DNA of 64,000 nt, from contig CACJBC010000004.1 of NCBI GenBank assembly GCA_902591565.1, positions 1,333 through 65,332 on the forward strand. The letters run 5' to 3'. Shown piece by piece: positions 11,046-20,961 of the stretch; positions within the stretch are counted from its first letter, which is position 1, and each line of letters starts with the position of its first letter. The DNA is from an uncultured SAR86 cluster bacterium. Its GTDB lineage: Bacteria > Pseudomonadota > Gammaproteobacteria > Magnimaribacterales > D2472. A program made the position numbers and the translations under genes. Under the pieces are notes generated by a model. The model saw only the letters and a program-made list of their open reading frames with translations. It was not told where the DNA came from and ran no database searches.

Positions 11046-11080
11046 AATTAATCTACCCCTTTATTGTTTATATCTATAAT

Positions 11081-12094
11081 TTATCTTTTATCTCCGAGGT
11101 TGGCTATGTCTATTAATGACTCTGCCCACATATCAGAAAAATTTAAAGAAGGAACATAATCTAAAATCTCTCCTCCAGCATCGATAAATAATTCTTGATA
11201 TTCATCACCAATCTCTATTATTGTTTCCAAACAATCAGCTGTAAAAGCTGGTGAAAAAACTAGTACTTTTTTTTGATTTTTTGACGGCAATTTCTTTAAA
11301 ACTTTATCAGTAAATGGATCTAACCATTTATTTGTTAGTCTAGATTGAAACGTGACTTCATATTGTGAATCATCCAAGTTTAGTTTGTTTGCAATGAGTT
11401 TTGTTGTTTCATAAACAGTAGCTTTATAGCAATACTTATTTTTATTTGTAATTCCAAGCTCACAATCATTATCTGAGCATAGACTATCTGAGTAAACATT
11501 ATCTACGTGACTATTTGGTACCCCATGATAACTAAAAATTATTTTATCGTATGAAGCCATATCAAATTTTTTTGCTTTATCTACCCATGCATTGATAAAT
11601 AATGGATTATCATAAAATTGATTAATAAAGGTTACATTTGGTATAACCCACTTTTCTCCTAAACATCTTGAAACTTCCTTATATACTGAACCAGTAGTAG
11701 CGGCTGCGTAATGAGGAAATAAAGGCAGAACTATTAATTCATCTGGATTATCGCTAAGAATGTCATCCAATACACTTTTAATTGATGGTGATTGATATCG
11801 CATTGCAAATTTAACACTAACATTAGGTAACTTTTTCTGTAACACTTGCGTTAACTGTTCCGTATTATAAAGTAATGGCGATCCATATCGTTCACTCCAA
11901 ACTTTTTTGTAAATCTTTGCAGAACTAAAGGATCTAAATGGGCAAATTATAAAATTAACTAATAAAAACCTCAGTATTGGATTTATATCTAAAACCTTTT
12001 CATCAGATAGAAATTGTCTTAAATACTTAAAAACATGCAAATATGATGGGCTATCAGGCGTTCCAAGATTTATGAGTAAAAGCGTTTTTTTCAT
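11081..12094 (-). CDS. hemH: Ferrochelatase
   Basis: NLGTP, AMRY, SYHGVP, FQSR and FTADCLET motifs. Confidence 0.95.
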   Translation of the reverse strand: MKKTLLLINLGTPDSPSYLHVFKYLRQFLSDEKVLDINPILRFLLVNFIICPFRSFSSAKIYKKVWSERYGSPLLYNTEQLTQVLQKKLPNVSVKFAMRYQSPSIKSVLDDILSDNPDELIVLPLFPHYAAATTGSVYKEVSRCLGEKWVIPNVTFINQFYDNPLFINAWVDKAKKFDMASYDKIIFSYHGVPNSHVDNVYSDSLCSDNDCELGITNKNKYCYKATVYETTKLIANKLNLDDSQYEVTFQSRLTNKWLDPFTDKVLKKLPSKNQKKVLVFSPAFTADCLETIIEIGDEYQELFIDAGGEILDYVPSLNFSDMWAESLIDIANLGDKR

Positions 12095-12099
12095 ATTTT

Positions 12100-13284
12100 T
12101 TAATTTTTTCTAAAAATAGGATTACTAATTATAAATATAAAGCATATTAAACACAGAATCGAAGAAAAATAATACAAATATGCTGGGTTATACGCATATA
12201 TTGGCATAGCAACCACAGGTGTCAAAATATGACCTATAGGATAAACAGATCCCAAATATCCTGCTACAGACCCTTGATATTCAGGTGATTGCGCTAAAGA
12301 TAATGAAGATGAAATTGCTGGACGCAACAATCCTCCACCTAGGCCATTAACAATAATTGACAAGTAATAAATTGAAATCTTTGGATATAAAGCCATAACT
12401 GAATATGAAAAAGATAGTAATAAAATACCGTATATCAGTAATTTATTATTTGATAGTGGAAAAGCATCCGTAAAAATGTATTGACTGACTATTGTAGAGA
12501 TAGAAAGTAAAGCAAAAGTGATACTAATTACAACAGGTAGATCATCAATATTAGGGAATGTATCAAAAAGATAAAAACCAATAGTTTGAATCAACGAAGC
12601 AAGACACAAGCTAGATATAGAAGCTATAAATAAAAATGGCCATACAGTATTTGATGTCCATGAAACTTTTATTGATTGATTTTTATTATTTAGTTTTAAT
12701 GGGGTCTTATTATCTAGATTTTTATAAATTCCTATTGATGCAATTACTCCTAAAAAGCTAAAAATATAAAAAGGTGTTTCCTTTGATATAAGAATTAAAA
12801 AACCACCAATCAAAGGCCCTGCGACAGTACCAATTAAAAAACTTGATTCAAGTCGAGCAAATTTAAGAGTTCTCTTATCTTCAGATGATGTGTCTGCGAC
12901 ATATGCAAAAGAAGCCGGCCTAGTAGCAGACCCCAATAAACCATTCAACATTCGACCAAATACTAGTAATGGAAAAAGATAAACTAAATCTAATAGATCT
13001 TTTTCAACTAAAAACAATGGGGTTATCATAGCTATTAATGATGCTGAGTAACCAAAAAGTCCCAAAATAGCAATATTACGCCTTCCATACCGATCACTAG
13101 CCCTACCCCATGTTGCACTAGTTAAGGCCCAGCCAATAGCTGAGAATGCGAATATTGATGATGTTTGTACCTCAGATAAACCTAACTCTCTAGCTAGAGG
13201 TGGAACAATGACAAAAACAAATGATTGGCCTAATCCAACTGTAAATAGGCCAAATTTAAGCCAGGAAGAGCCAGATTTATTCAT
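12100..13284 (-). CDS. MFS transporter (DHA1-like)
   Basis: WGRASDRYGRR motif A; about 12 hydrophobic segments. Confidence 0.85.
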   Translation of the reverse strand: MNKSGSSWLKFGLFTVGLGQSFVFVIVPPLARELGLSEVQTSSIFAFSAIGWALTSATWGRASDRYGRRNIAILGLFGYSASLIAMITPLFLVEKDLLDLVYLFPLLVFGRMLNGLLGSATRPASFAYVADTSSEDKRTLKFARLESSFLIGTVAGPLIGGFLILISKETPFYIFSFLGVIASIGIYKNLDNKTPLKLNNKNQSIKVSWTSNTVWPFLFIASISSLCLASLIQTIGFYLFDTFPNIDDLPVVISITFALLSISTIVSQYIFTDAFPLSNNKLLIYGILLLSFSYSVMALYPKISIYYLSIIVNGLGGGLLRPAISSSLSLAQSPEYQGSVAGYLGSVYPIGHILTPVVAMPIYAYNPAYLYYFSSILCLICFIFIISNPIFRKN

Positions 13285-14276
13285 TAAGATATTTTTTTTA
13301 TGCCTATACTATCTCTTATCGAAGATAACATTTCTTTTGCTATAGGCCTTACCTTATTAGAACCTTCATTTAACAAATCATTAAGTAAATTTTTATCATT
13401 AACCAATGAATCATATTTATCTCTTATGGGACTCATTTCATTATTAACAACGCTGAATAATTTATTTTTAGCATCACCCCAGCCAATACCATCCTTATAA
13501 TCGCTTTCAAATTCAGCAATCATTTCATCTGAAGCAAAATATTTATATAACTTAAATACCGTGCAATTTGATGGGTTTTTAGCTTCTCCTGGTTCTAATG
13601 AATTTGTAACTATCTTTGCTATAGATTTATGGAGTTGTTTTTCAGTAGATAATAATGGAATTATATTTCCATAAGATTTAGACATTTTTTGACCATCAGT
13701 ACCAGGCACTGTGTCCTTTTTAGATTGAATAATAGCTTCGGGTAATTCAAAAGTTTTTTTGTATATATGATTAAACCTAGCAGCAATATCTCTCGTCATT
13801 TCAAGATGTTGAATTTGATCAGCCCCGACAGGAACATGAGTAGCATTAAACATTAAGATATCAGCAGCCATTAATATTGGGTATGAAAAAAGACCCATTG
13901 TTATGCCTTTATCCTCATCTTCTTTATTATTGTTAATAGCAGCTTTATAAGCATGGGATCTATTCATTAAGCCCTTTGCCGTTACACAATTTAAAATCCA
14001 GCTAAGTTCCAGAATTTCTGGTATATCTGATTGACGATAAAAAAAAGATTTATCAACATCAAGACCTGAAGCAAGCCATGCTAAAGCAACATTTTTTACA
14101 GATTCAGATACTTCTTTATTATCAGAATTTTTGATAATTGCATGGTAGTCAGCTAAAAAATAATAAGATTCATCATAATTCTTTGCTTGTTTTAAGGCAG
14201 GTTTTATTGCACCTAAATAATTTCCAATATGAGGAGTACCAGTTGTTGTAATACCTGTTAGAATTCGTTTTTTCAT
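13284..14276 (-). CDS. trpS: Tryptophan--tRNA ligase
   Basis: HIGN, YPILMAADIL, VPVGADQ and KMSKS motifs. Confidence 0.97.
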   Translation of the reverse strand: MKKRILTGITTTGTPHIGNYLGAIKPALKQAKNYDESYYFLADYHAIIKNSDNKEVSESVKNVALAWLASGLDVDKSFFYRQSDIPEILELSWILNCVTAKGLMNRSHAYKAAINNNKEDEDKGITMGLFSYPILMAADILMFNATHVPVGADQIQHLEMTRDIAARFNHIYKKTFELPEAIIQSKKDTVPGTDGQKMSKSYGNIIPLLSTEKQLHKSIAKIVTNSLEPGEAKNPSNCTVFKLYKYFASDEMIAEFESDYKDGIGWGDAKNKLFSVVNNEMSPIRDKYDSLVNDKNLLNDLLNEGSNKVRPIAKEMLSSIRDSIGIKKIS

Positions 14277-14309
14277 TTGATATAATTATAAACTTCAAAA
14301 GAGATTAAT

Positions 14310-15728
14310 GTGAAAACAAGTCAAGATTTATTTAAAGAATTAGATGAAGTAGAATCTTTATTTACAAAAGGTTCTATCAAAGTAGCTCAAAAAAAAGTTA
14401 GAGAAGTTATTACAAAGTCTAAAGAATTGGACAAAGTGCCAAACAAACTCAGGCATAAACTTAATTTTGCAATTGGTCAATCAAGATATTTTGATGATAT
14501 GTCGTCTTTTGCAACTAATCCAAAAAGAGAAGAATTAATAAAAGAAATAACTACAATTATAGAAAGTCCACTCGAAAGCCCAAAAAAACAAGCGCACTTA
14601 ATTCATGATCTTCAAACTAAGTGGCAACTTCTTGATTTATCAAGCAGACCTGCATCAAAAGAACAGTGGAATAGGTTTAACGAACTAACCAATAAAGCAT
14701 GGGAACCATGCAATGAATATTTTGATGAGCTAAAACAAATAAAAATAAATAATGCTGCCCAAAGAATGGAAATCATTAATAATATTAATCAATACGTTCA
14801 AGATAATTCATCAAACTGGCCTCAACCTAAATTTCTAATTCAATTTTTAAGAAAATCTTTTAAAGAGTGGCAAAAATATGCACCGGTTTTAGATAAAGAT
14901 CTTAATAAATTAAGAAATGCTTATTTTGAAGCTAAGAAACCTATCAATGATTCTATTAAGAAACAAGAACAGATAGTCATAAAAGCTAAAGAAGCTTTAA
15001 TAGAAAAAGTAAATGCTATAACAGATGAAGATAATGATATATGCATTAAGAAGTTCAATGATTTAAAGAATGAGTGGAAAAAAGCAGGATCCGCTGGCAG
15101 GAAAGCCGACAATAAACTTTGGGATAAATTTAATAAATCTGCAGATAGATTCTTTAATGCGAAGAAAGAAGTTATAGATGCTGAGCTTATAAAAGCTAAC
15201 GAGCTATTAGCACAACTTAAGAGTGATGAGATTTCAATTAATGAAGTATTAAAAAGTTTAAATGATCTAAAAAATATTTCTAAAACAAGAGAATTCAATG
15301 CCATCCAAAAACTAATTAATGATAAAAGAAAAGTTCAAGAGTTAAAACTAAAACAAAATAAGATTGATACATATACCAATCTGCTCGATGCATTCTTAAA
15401 TAATGAATTGGATAAAACTCAAGCACCCTCTTCTATAAAAAATAAATTAAACAAAAAGCCACAAGATAAATCTAATAATGAAGCATTAACTTATGCATGT
15501 GTAAAATTAGAGGCTCTTGCTGGAATTGATTCATTAAAAAAAGATTCTAAGTTAAGACAATCTATACAAATAGAAATACTCACAAATAAATTTAATAAGG
15601 TATCTAATCAACTCAATTCTGTAGATGATTTATTAATTCATTTTATTAATAATATTGCATCAAAGCCCACTGCAGCAGAAAAAACACTTTGGAAAAGAGT
15701 TTCAAAGACGATCGAAATTCTTGTTTAG
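14310..15728 (+). CDS. DUF349 domain protein
   Basis: Repeated helical units LQTKW...W.RF and LKNEWKKAG...LWDKF...DRFF; GTG start. Confidence 0.75.
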   Translation: MKTSQDLFKELDEVESLFTKGSIKVAQKKVREVITKSKELDKVPNKLRHKLNFAIGQSRYFDDMSSFATNPKREELIKEITTIIESPLESPKKQAHLIHDLQTKWQLLDLSSRPASKEQWNRFNELTNKAWEPCNEYFDELKQIKINNAAQRMEIINNINQYVQDNSSNWPQPKFLIQFLRKSFKEWQKYAPVLDKDLNKLRNAYFEAKKPINDSIKKQEQIVIKAKEALIEKVNAITDEDNDICIKKFNDLKNEWKKAGSAGRKADNKLWDKFNKSADRFFNAKKEVIDAELIKANELLAQLKSDEISINEVLKSLNDLKNISKTREFNAIQKLINDKRKVQELKLKQNKIDTYTNLLDAFLNNELDKTQAPSSIKNKLNKKPQDKSNNEALTYACVKLEALAGIDSLKKDSKLRQSIQIEILTNKFNKVSNQLNSVDDLLIHFINNIASKPTAAEKTLWKRVSKTIEILV

Positions 15729-15731
15729 TGA

Positions 15732-17135
15732 TCAAGCTCTTTCTTTAAGCTGTCTCAGTATCTCTGAATGTCTTTTCTTATCAAGACTATAGAAGTGAAA
15801 AAATATTAAAGGTATTACCAATAAGACAGGACCAATAACACCTTGAACAAAAAATAATGAATATGCTTGATCATAGGTTGGTGTTTCTGATGTGATGTTT
15901 AATACCCAAAGAGTTAATCCTCCAGTTAACGCACCAAATGCTGTATTAACCTTTTGTACAAATGAAACTGTTGAATATAAAACACCTTCTTGTCTTTTAC
16001 CACTTTGCAAATCAACCTCATCTGCAATATCACCAATCATTGCATCCCTAGTCATGTTGCCAGCAATACTAAGGGTAGAAATAAATATTAAAGGCATGCA
16101 TAAAAATAGAACCAAAGCGTTAGTACCTTTATCAGGGGTTAAACCTAAGTTATAAAAAATAAATGCAATTGGGCTAGATAATGCTACACCCGCAACACAA
16201 ATTAAAACAAAATTTCTTTTACCAATAAAAGTTACAAACTTAGGTGTTATATAAAATGCTAAAAATGCAGCTCCAAAGTATATATATAAAAAAATACCTA
16301 TCTGACTTCCTTTAAGTTGCCAAAAATCAGTATTTATAAACAACGTAAGACTGTTAAGAAGACCCCAACATATTGATAAGGATAAACTTCCTAAAAAAAA
16401 TAAGACAAAACTTCTATTTGATAGTGCAATTTTTAATTCAGATAAAATCTGTATTATTGATATTGCTCCTTTCCATGAGGATAAATTTTTAATTTCATTT
16501 CTAGTAATTAATGAGGAATATAAAATGCTTATTACCATAAAGATTGAACCTGTTAATGCAAGAGGAAAATAGGCTTCTGGATTTAACTGTCCAAATGAAA
16601 ATTTTTCAGTAGATTTAAAAAAAATATTATAAGCAAGAAATGCATTACAAATTCCTGCAGTCCAAGCAAACATTTCTCTCCAAGAGAATAATTTTGTTCT
16701 TTCTATATAATCCTTTGTTATTTCAGCTCCAAAAGATCTATGGGGCACTTCAAAAAAAGTCATACCTATCCTAGTAAAACTTGCACAGACAAACATCCAC
16801 CAAAACAATTGATTTTGAGATAAATTCCAATCAGGCATTGGAGTAAAAAGTAAAACATAAAAAATTGAAACAGGGATAAATGAAACAAACATAAATGGAT
16901 GCCTTCTTCCATATTTAGAATTTGTTCTATCAGATATGGTTCCCATTAGAGGGTCTGTAAAAGAATCTATAATGAGAGCCAAGCCAATTGCTAATGATGC
17001 AAGTAAAGGATCTAAACCAATTACCCTAGAATAAAAAAATAGTAAAAAAAAAGTAAACGTATCTGTTTTGATTCCGTTAGCTATAGCCCCAACAGAATAA
17101 TTAAATTTAAAACCGTTATTAAGCATTATCTTCAC
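15732..17135 (-). CDS. MFS transporter, glycoside-pentoside-hexuronide (MelB-like) family
   Basis: DSFTDPLMGTISDRT, GRRHPF and DIADE...G.RQEG motifs; start may be ATG at 17126. Confidence 0.85.
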   Translation of the reverse strand: MKIMLNNGFKFNYSVGAIANGIKTDTFTFFLLFFYSRVIGLDPLLASLAIGLALIIDSFTDPLMGTISDRTNSKYGRRHPFMFVSFIPVSIFYVLLFTPMPDWNLSQNQLFWWMFVCASFTRIGMTFFEVPHRSFGAEITKDYIERTKLFSWREMFAWTAGICNAFLAYNIFFKSTEKFSFGQLNPEAYFPLALTGSIFMVISILYSSLITRNEIKNLSSWKGAISIIQILSELKIALSNRSFVLFFLGSLSLSICWGLLNSLTLFINTDFWQLKGSQIGIFLYIYFGAAFLAFYITPKFVTFIGKRNFVLICVAGVALSSPIAFIFYNLGLTPDKGTNALVLFLCMPLIFISTLSIAGNMTRDAMIGDIADEVDLQSGKRQEGVLYSTVSFVQKVNTAFGALTGGLTLWVLNITSETPTYDQAYSLFFVQGVIGPVLLVIPLIFFHFYSLDKKRHSEILRQLKERA

Positions 17136-18099
17136 TTAAATGAGTTAGTAAATCATCTTTAAATAATTCAAAAACTGGTTCCTCTATTAAATGTCTCATT
17201 TTTGGAAGAACAATTAAATTACTATTTTTTATATATCTATTAGCTTGATATGCATTTTTAACCTGTATCAAAGGATCTTCTTTACCATGAATAATTAAAG
17301 TTTTAGATTCAATAGATTTAACTTTTTGTATTCGATTTTCTGAACCTAATATAGCCATAAGTTGTCTACTAAAACCACTATCATCAGGACCTGCTCTATT
17401 AATAGATTCAATAGATTTATTATAAAATTCTTCACTTTCAAGATCACTTTCATCAATCCCAATCAATTTAAAAATGCTTTTTGTTCTCTCTATTCTTTCA
17501 TCGTTAGTTGCATTTGGATTTGCTGATCTGCTCATTAATAACTTCCTTACATCACGCCTAGGGCCATTTAATGGACTTGGTACTGAAACAGATGAGGCAA
17601 TGAGTGTAAAAGTTTTAATTCTTTCAGGATGATTAGCTGCTAATATTTGAGCAATCATTCCACCCATAGAAATTCCGAGCAGATGAGATTTTTCAATATC
17701 TAAATGGTCTAATATTGTTACAGCGTCGTTGGCCATATCATCAAGCGTATAAGGAGCATTAATAGGTAATCTTAAGTAGTATCTAAGATAAGTTCTATTT
17801 ATTGTTTTAGCTTTATTATTTTCAGAAAAAAGATCATTGTTTAATCTTGAAGATAAACCTGAGTCTCTGTTATCAAAAACTATTGGTCTAAAGTTATTTT
17901 CTATTAAAAAATTAATTATATGATCTGGCCAATTTATTAATTGACCTCCAAGACCTTGAACTAATAGTATTGGATCAGCGGAATTAGGGCCATAGTCTCT
18001 ATAAACAATCTTTATATCATCGTTATAGACAAAAGATTCTTCATATGAAAATAAGGAAGTTGAGGTAAACAAAATTAATAAAGCTTTATATAAAGGCAT
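17119..18099 (-). CDS. Alpha/beta hydrolase (putative exported esterase)
   Basis: FDNRDSG, GISMGG nucleophile elbow, IHGKEDPL; signal-like N-terminus. Confidence 0.85.
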   Translation of the reverse strand: MPLYKALLILFTSTSLFSYEESFVYNDDIKIVYRDYGPNSADPILLVQGLGGQLINWPDHIINFLIENNFRPIVFDNRDSGLSSRLNNDLFSENNKAKTINRTYLRYYLRLPINAPYTLDDMANDAVTILDHLDIEKSHLLGISMGGMIAQILAANHPERIKTFTLIASSVSVPSPLNGPRRDVRKLLMSRSANPNATNDERIERTKSIFKLIGIDESDLESEEFYNKSIESINRAGPDDSGFSRQLMAILGSENRIQKVKSIESKTLIIHGKEDPLIQVKNAYQANRYIKNSNLIVLPKMRHLIEEPVFELFKDDLLTHLSEDNA

Positions 18100-19180
18100 T
18101 TATTCTATCCTTTATATTTTTTCTTAAACACCCCCAAAAAAGCATAACGTCATAACTATGCAAGTCACCATTAAAGTATCTTATTTTTTTATATCTATCA
18201 ACTAATGGTCCTCGAGCTTCTAGAAGACCTGTTTTACTATTTAAAGCAGAAGTAAAGTCTTGCACACTACTATATTGTATAGATTTATTTGATCTTGAGT
18301 GTAATGAGGAAAGTCTATCAGCAAAATCATAATTATCAGCCTTAGTAATTATTGAGCTATGGCATTCTGGTTGAGAAATCCACTCACTAGAGTTATTCCA
18401 TGAAAATGGATTAATTCCATAAATTCTTTGATCCATGTATTCAAGACCCCATCCAGACGGTTTCCAGAAAATTGTTCTTTCACGAGCTCTTTTAAAGCCT
18501 TCAGCAACAGTACACCATGATAATAAACAATTAGTGTCATTAAAGTTAACTGATTTGGGAATAGATGGAAACAAAGTCTCATATTCTTTTTCAGGAATAA
18601 TATATCCAATTACATACGCACAAATCATTCGTTTTTGAAGATCGGTATTTTGAATATACTTTGAAATTAAGCGTTGAGCATGCAGAGCACCTTGGCTATG
18701 TGACATTATGATGTAAGGTTTACTATCATTAAAATTTTCAATGAAATAATTAAAGGAATTAAGAATATCTTCAAAAGCTAAATCATGAGCTTTGGTGCCA
18801 TCAGAATCTTTAGCAAAATATGAATAGTAAGTAGCTTGCCTATATTCAGGAGCATAAATATTACATGAATCATTAAATGGAGTTACTTGGTTAGATAACA
18901 TTATCTCAGTTCTTTCATAAGTAGAATGATTTTTAGACATATCAGAATTCCAAGTTTGTTCAAAGCAACCTGTTGGATGGATATAAAAAACATCAACATC
19001 ATTCTTATTTCTATTAACTTTTAAGTTATTATCAGGAACAAAAAACTGATACCCATCTATATCTGGATGAGCTGCCCATGAGTCTAAATTACTGTAATCA
19101 GGTGCTTTTGGGTGATCAGTGTCATCATAGGAATTAATAGGCTTTATTAGCTGTAAAAATTTTTCAAAAACCTCAGACAT
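18086..19180 (-). CDS. DUF3089 family alpha/beta hydrolase
   Basis: PDYS...WAAHP, DVFYIHPT, YAPEYRQAT, SHSQG and LHSYD motifs. Confidence 0.85.
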   Translation of the reverse strand: MSEVFEKFLQLIKPINSYDDTDHPKAPDYSNLDSWAAHPDIDGYQFFVPDNNLKVNRNKNDVDVFYIHPTGCFEQTWNSDMSKNHSTYERTEIMLSNQVTPFNDSCNIYAPEYRQATYYSYFAKDSDGTKAHDLAFEDILNSFNYFIENFNDSKPYIIMSHSQGALHAQRLISKYIQNTDLQKRMICAYVIGYIIPEKEYETLFPSIPKSVNFNDTNCLLSWCTVAEGFKRARERTIFWKPSGWGLEYMDQRIYGINPFSWNNSSEWISQPECHSSIITKADNYDFADRLSSLHSRSNKSIQYSSVQDFTSALNSKTGLLEARGPLVDRYKKIRYFNGDLHSYDVMLFWGCLRKNIKDRINAFI

Positions 19181-19194
19181 TAAATGAGTATATC

Positions 19195-19611
19195 TTAGAA
19201 TGGACTATCAACTATCTTATTGGTGGCAGATGAAGTAGCAATTACGGTATTATTTTGATACAACACAGCTTCAGTAAAACAGATTGATTTACCCTCTTTG
19301 GTAATTTTAGCAACTGTTTTTACAGGGCCTGGTGCGCATGGTCTTAAAAACTTTACATCAATATCTAAAGTTAATGGTATTTGTTTACCTTGAGCTTTAT
19401 ATATTAAAAATTGAGCCATACAACAATCTAACATACCTGTTACAAAGCCACCTTGAACAACCATACCCTTTGAATGAGTTAACTCTTCTCCAGGCATAAA
19501 CTCAACTACAAAAGAATCATCTTTAGGATATGCACTTGTAATATTAAATACTTTTAAAAATGGTGGGATTTCTCTAAAAAATTCTGATATATCCTTCTTA
19601 CTATCTGCCAT
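19195..19611 (-). CDS. PaaI family hotdog thioesterase
   Basis: VQGGFVTGMLD and VKFLRP motifs. Confidence 0.85.
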   Translation of the reverse strand: MADSKKDISEFFREIPPFLKVFNITSAYPKDDSFVVEFMPGEELTHSKGMVVQGGFVTGMLDCCMAQFLIYKAQGKQIPLTLDIDVKFLRPCAPGPVKTVAKITKEGKSICFTEAVLYQNNTVIATSSATNKIVDSPF

Positions 19612-19624
19612 TACAGTTACCGAT

Positions 19625-19716
19625 TGGCGGAGGGAGTGGGATTCGAACCCACGGTGCCGATGAAAGCACGACGGTTTTCAAGACCGTTACAATAAACCAG
19701 ACTCTGCCATCCCTCC
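19625..19716 (-). tRNA. tRNA-Ser (anticodon TGA)
   Basis: GGAGGGA acceptor stem, anticodon arm ACGGT-CTTGAAA-ACCGT, long variable arm, GGTTCGAATCC, encoded CCA. Confidence 0.97.
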
Positions 19717-19732
19717 TGATTCTGAAGTAGCT

Positions 19733-19760
19733 ATTTTATAGGGTTTTTTAAGTTTCGCAA
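19733..19760 (-). promoter_or_regulatory. Putative sigma70 promoter of tRNA-Ser
   Basis: TTGCGA-16nt-TAAAAT upstream of the tRNA 5' end. Confidence 0.5.
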
Positions 19761-19789
19761 TTACTTTAACTAATTCAGTTTTAACATAA

Positions 19790-19891
19790 TTAAGTATTAT
19801 CTGAATCTTGATATTCTAAATCTGATTTATCAAAAATTTTCCTTTTCGATCTATTAAAAATTTTATTAAATAAATTTAATAACCATTTCAT
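19790..19891 (-). CDS. Putative 33-aa microprotein
   Basis: GGAGAAGTT-ATG; MKWLLNLFNKIFNRSKRKIFDKSDLEYQDSDNT. Confidence 0.45.
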   Translation of the reverse strand: MKWLLNLFNKIFNRSKRKIFDKSDLEYQDSDNT

Positions 19892-19979
19892 AACTTCTCC
19901 AATAAACAATGTTCTTATATTTTGACATAATTAAGAATCAATAAATACAATCCAATTTTGGTTTGATAAAATTCACAAT

Positions 19980-20072
19980 ATGAGCAAAGATTACGAAGAA
20001 TTCATAGAAAAGAATATCAAAAGCAAAAATTTAGACCTTAATTCAGTTGAAGTGACTATCGATATTAGTTAA
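19980..20072 (+). CDS. Putative 30-aa microprotein or gene remnant
   Basis: TGaTAAAAT-7nt-ATG (leaderless layout); MSKDYEEFIEKNIKSKNLDLNSVEVTIDIS. Confidence 0.3.
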   Translation: MSKDYEEFIEKNIKSKNLDLNSVEVTIDIS

Positions 20073-20137
20073 AAGTTGGTATTTAAACAGAATGGAATGG
20101 CTTGATAGCGCATTTAAAAACTTATAAATATAATTTA

Positions 20138-20959
20138 TTATCTTTTTATTAATATTGTAATGCCCAAAAATATTGGCCATAATCCAAGAAAAATTTCTCC
20201 AACATAAATTAGATTATATTCAGTTCCGTGTATAAGCACTGCAGTAAGATTAAAAATTGCTGCACATATATAAATTATTCCTGCAGAAAAAAACCAGGTT
20301 GGATTTAGAGTAACCACACCAAGTAACGCAAATATTAATGTTGCAACAAAAAAAGATGTAAAGTCTTTTAGTAGTGCATTTTGAGCATTATCAGCTAAAT
20401 CTTTTAAAATAAAACCAAAATCAGCTGCTGCAGTGTCAGGTGTAAATATCCAGTTCAAAGAAAATCCTAGAATTATATATGCATATAAGACACCTAAATA
20501 TCTTATGATAAATGTGTAATCGTAGTTTTTTGATATTAAAAAGTAATAAAAATAACCACCAAAAAATCCAGCTAACCAATGTAATATTTTTCCTATAATT
20601 GTTCTGTTACCTCCTAGTAATTCCGATTCAAAAAGCAAAACAACCATTAAATACATAGCGATGCCAATTGCACATGCGCCAGCAAATGCATATAAATACT
20701 TAGCATGAAAATTTATATATTTAGTTAGCAATCCTGTTACGCTAAAAGCTACTGCAAAACCAATTATTACAACTCCATAAAGAAGTATGCCTAAACGCTG
20801 AAAATCAAATAGCAAAACCTCAAGTGACTTGAATATTCCGATAGGCATGTTTACTGAATTTAACCAAATTAAATTTGATATGGATGAAATTGGTGTTATT
20901 AACATAACAGTGAATAAGGCAGCTGATAGAACAGCAAATGGATATTTTGCTATTTTCAT
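20138..20959 (-). CDS. Polytopic membrane protein, C-terminal half DUF4345-like
   Basis: About 8 hydrophobic segments; C-terminal half resembles ORF 30372..30749. Confidence 0.7.
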   Translation of the reverse strand: MKIAKYPFAVLSAALFTVMLITPISSISNLIWLNSVNMPIGIFKSLEVLLFDFQRLGILLYGVVIIGFAVAFSVTGLLTKYINFHAKYLYAFAGACAIGIAMYLMVVLLFESELLGGNRTIIGKILHWLAGFFGGYFYYFLISKNYDYTFIIRYLGVLYAYIILGFSLNWIFTPDTAAADFGFILKDLADNAQNALLKDFTSFFVATLIFALLGVVTLNPTWFFSAGIIYICAAIFNLTAVLIHGTEYNLIYVGEIFLGLWPIFLGITILIKR

Positions 20960-20961
20960 TA

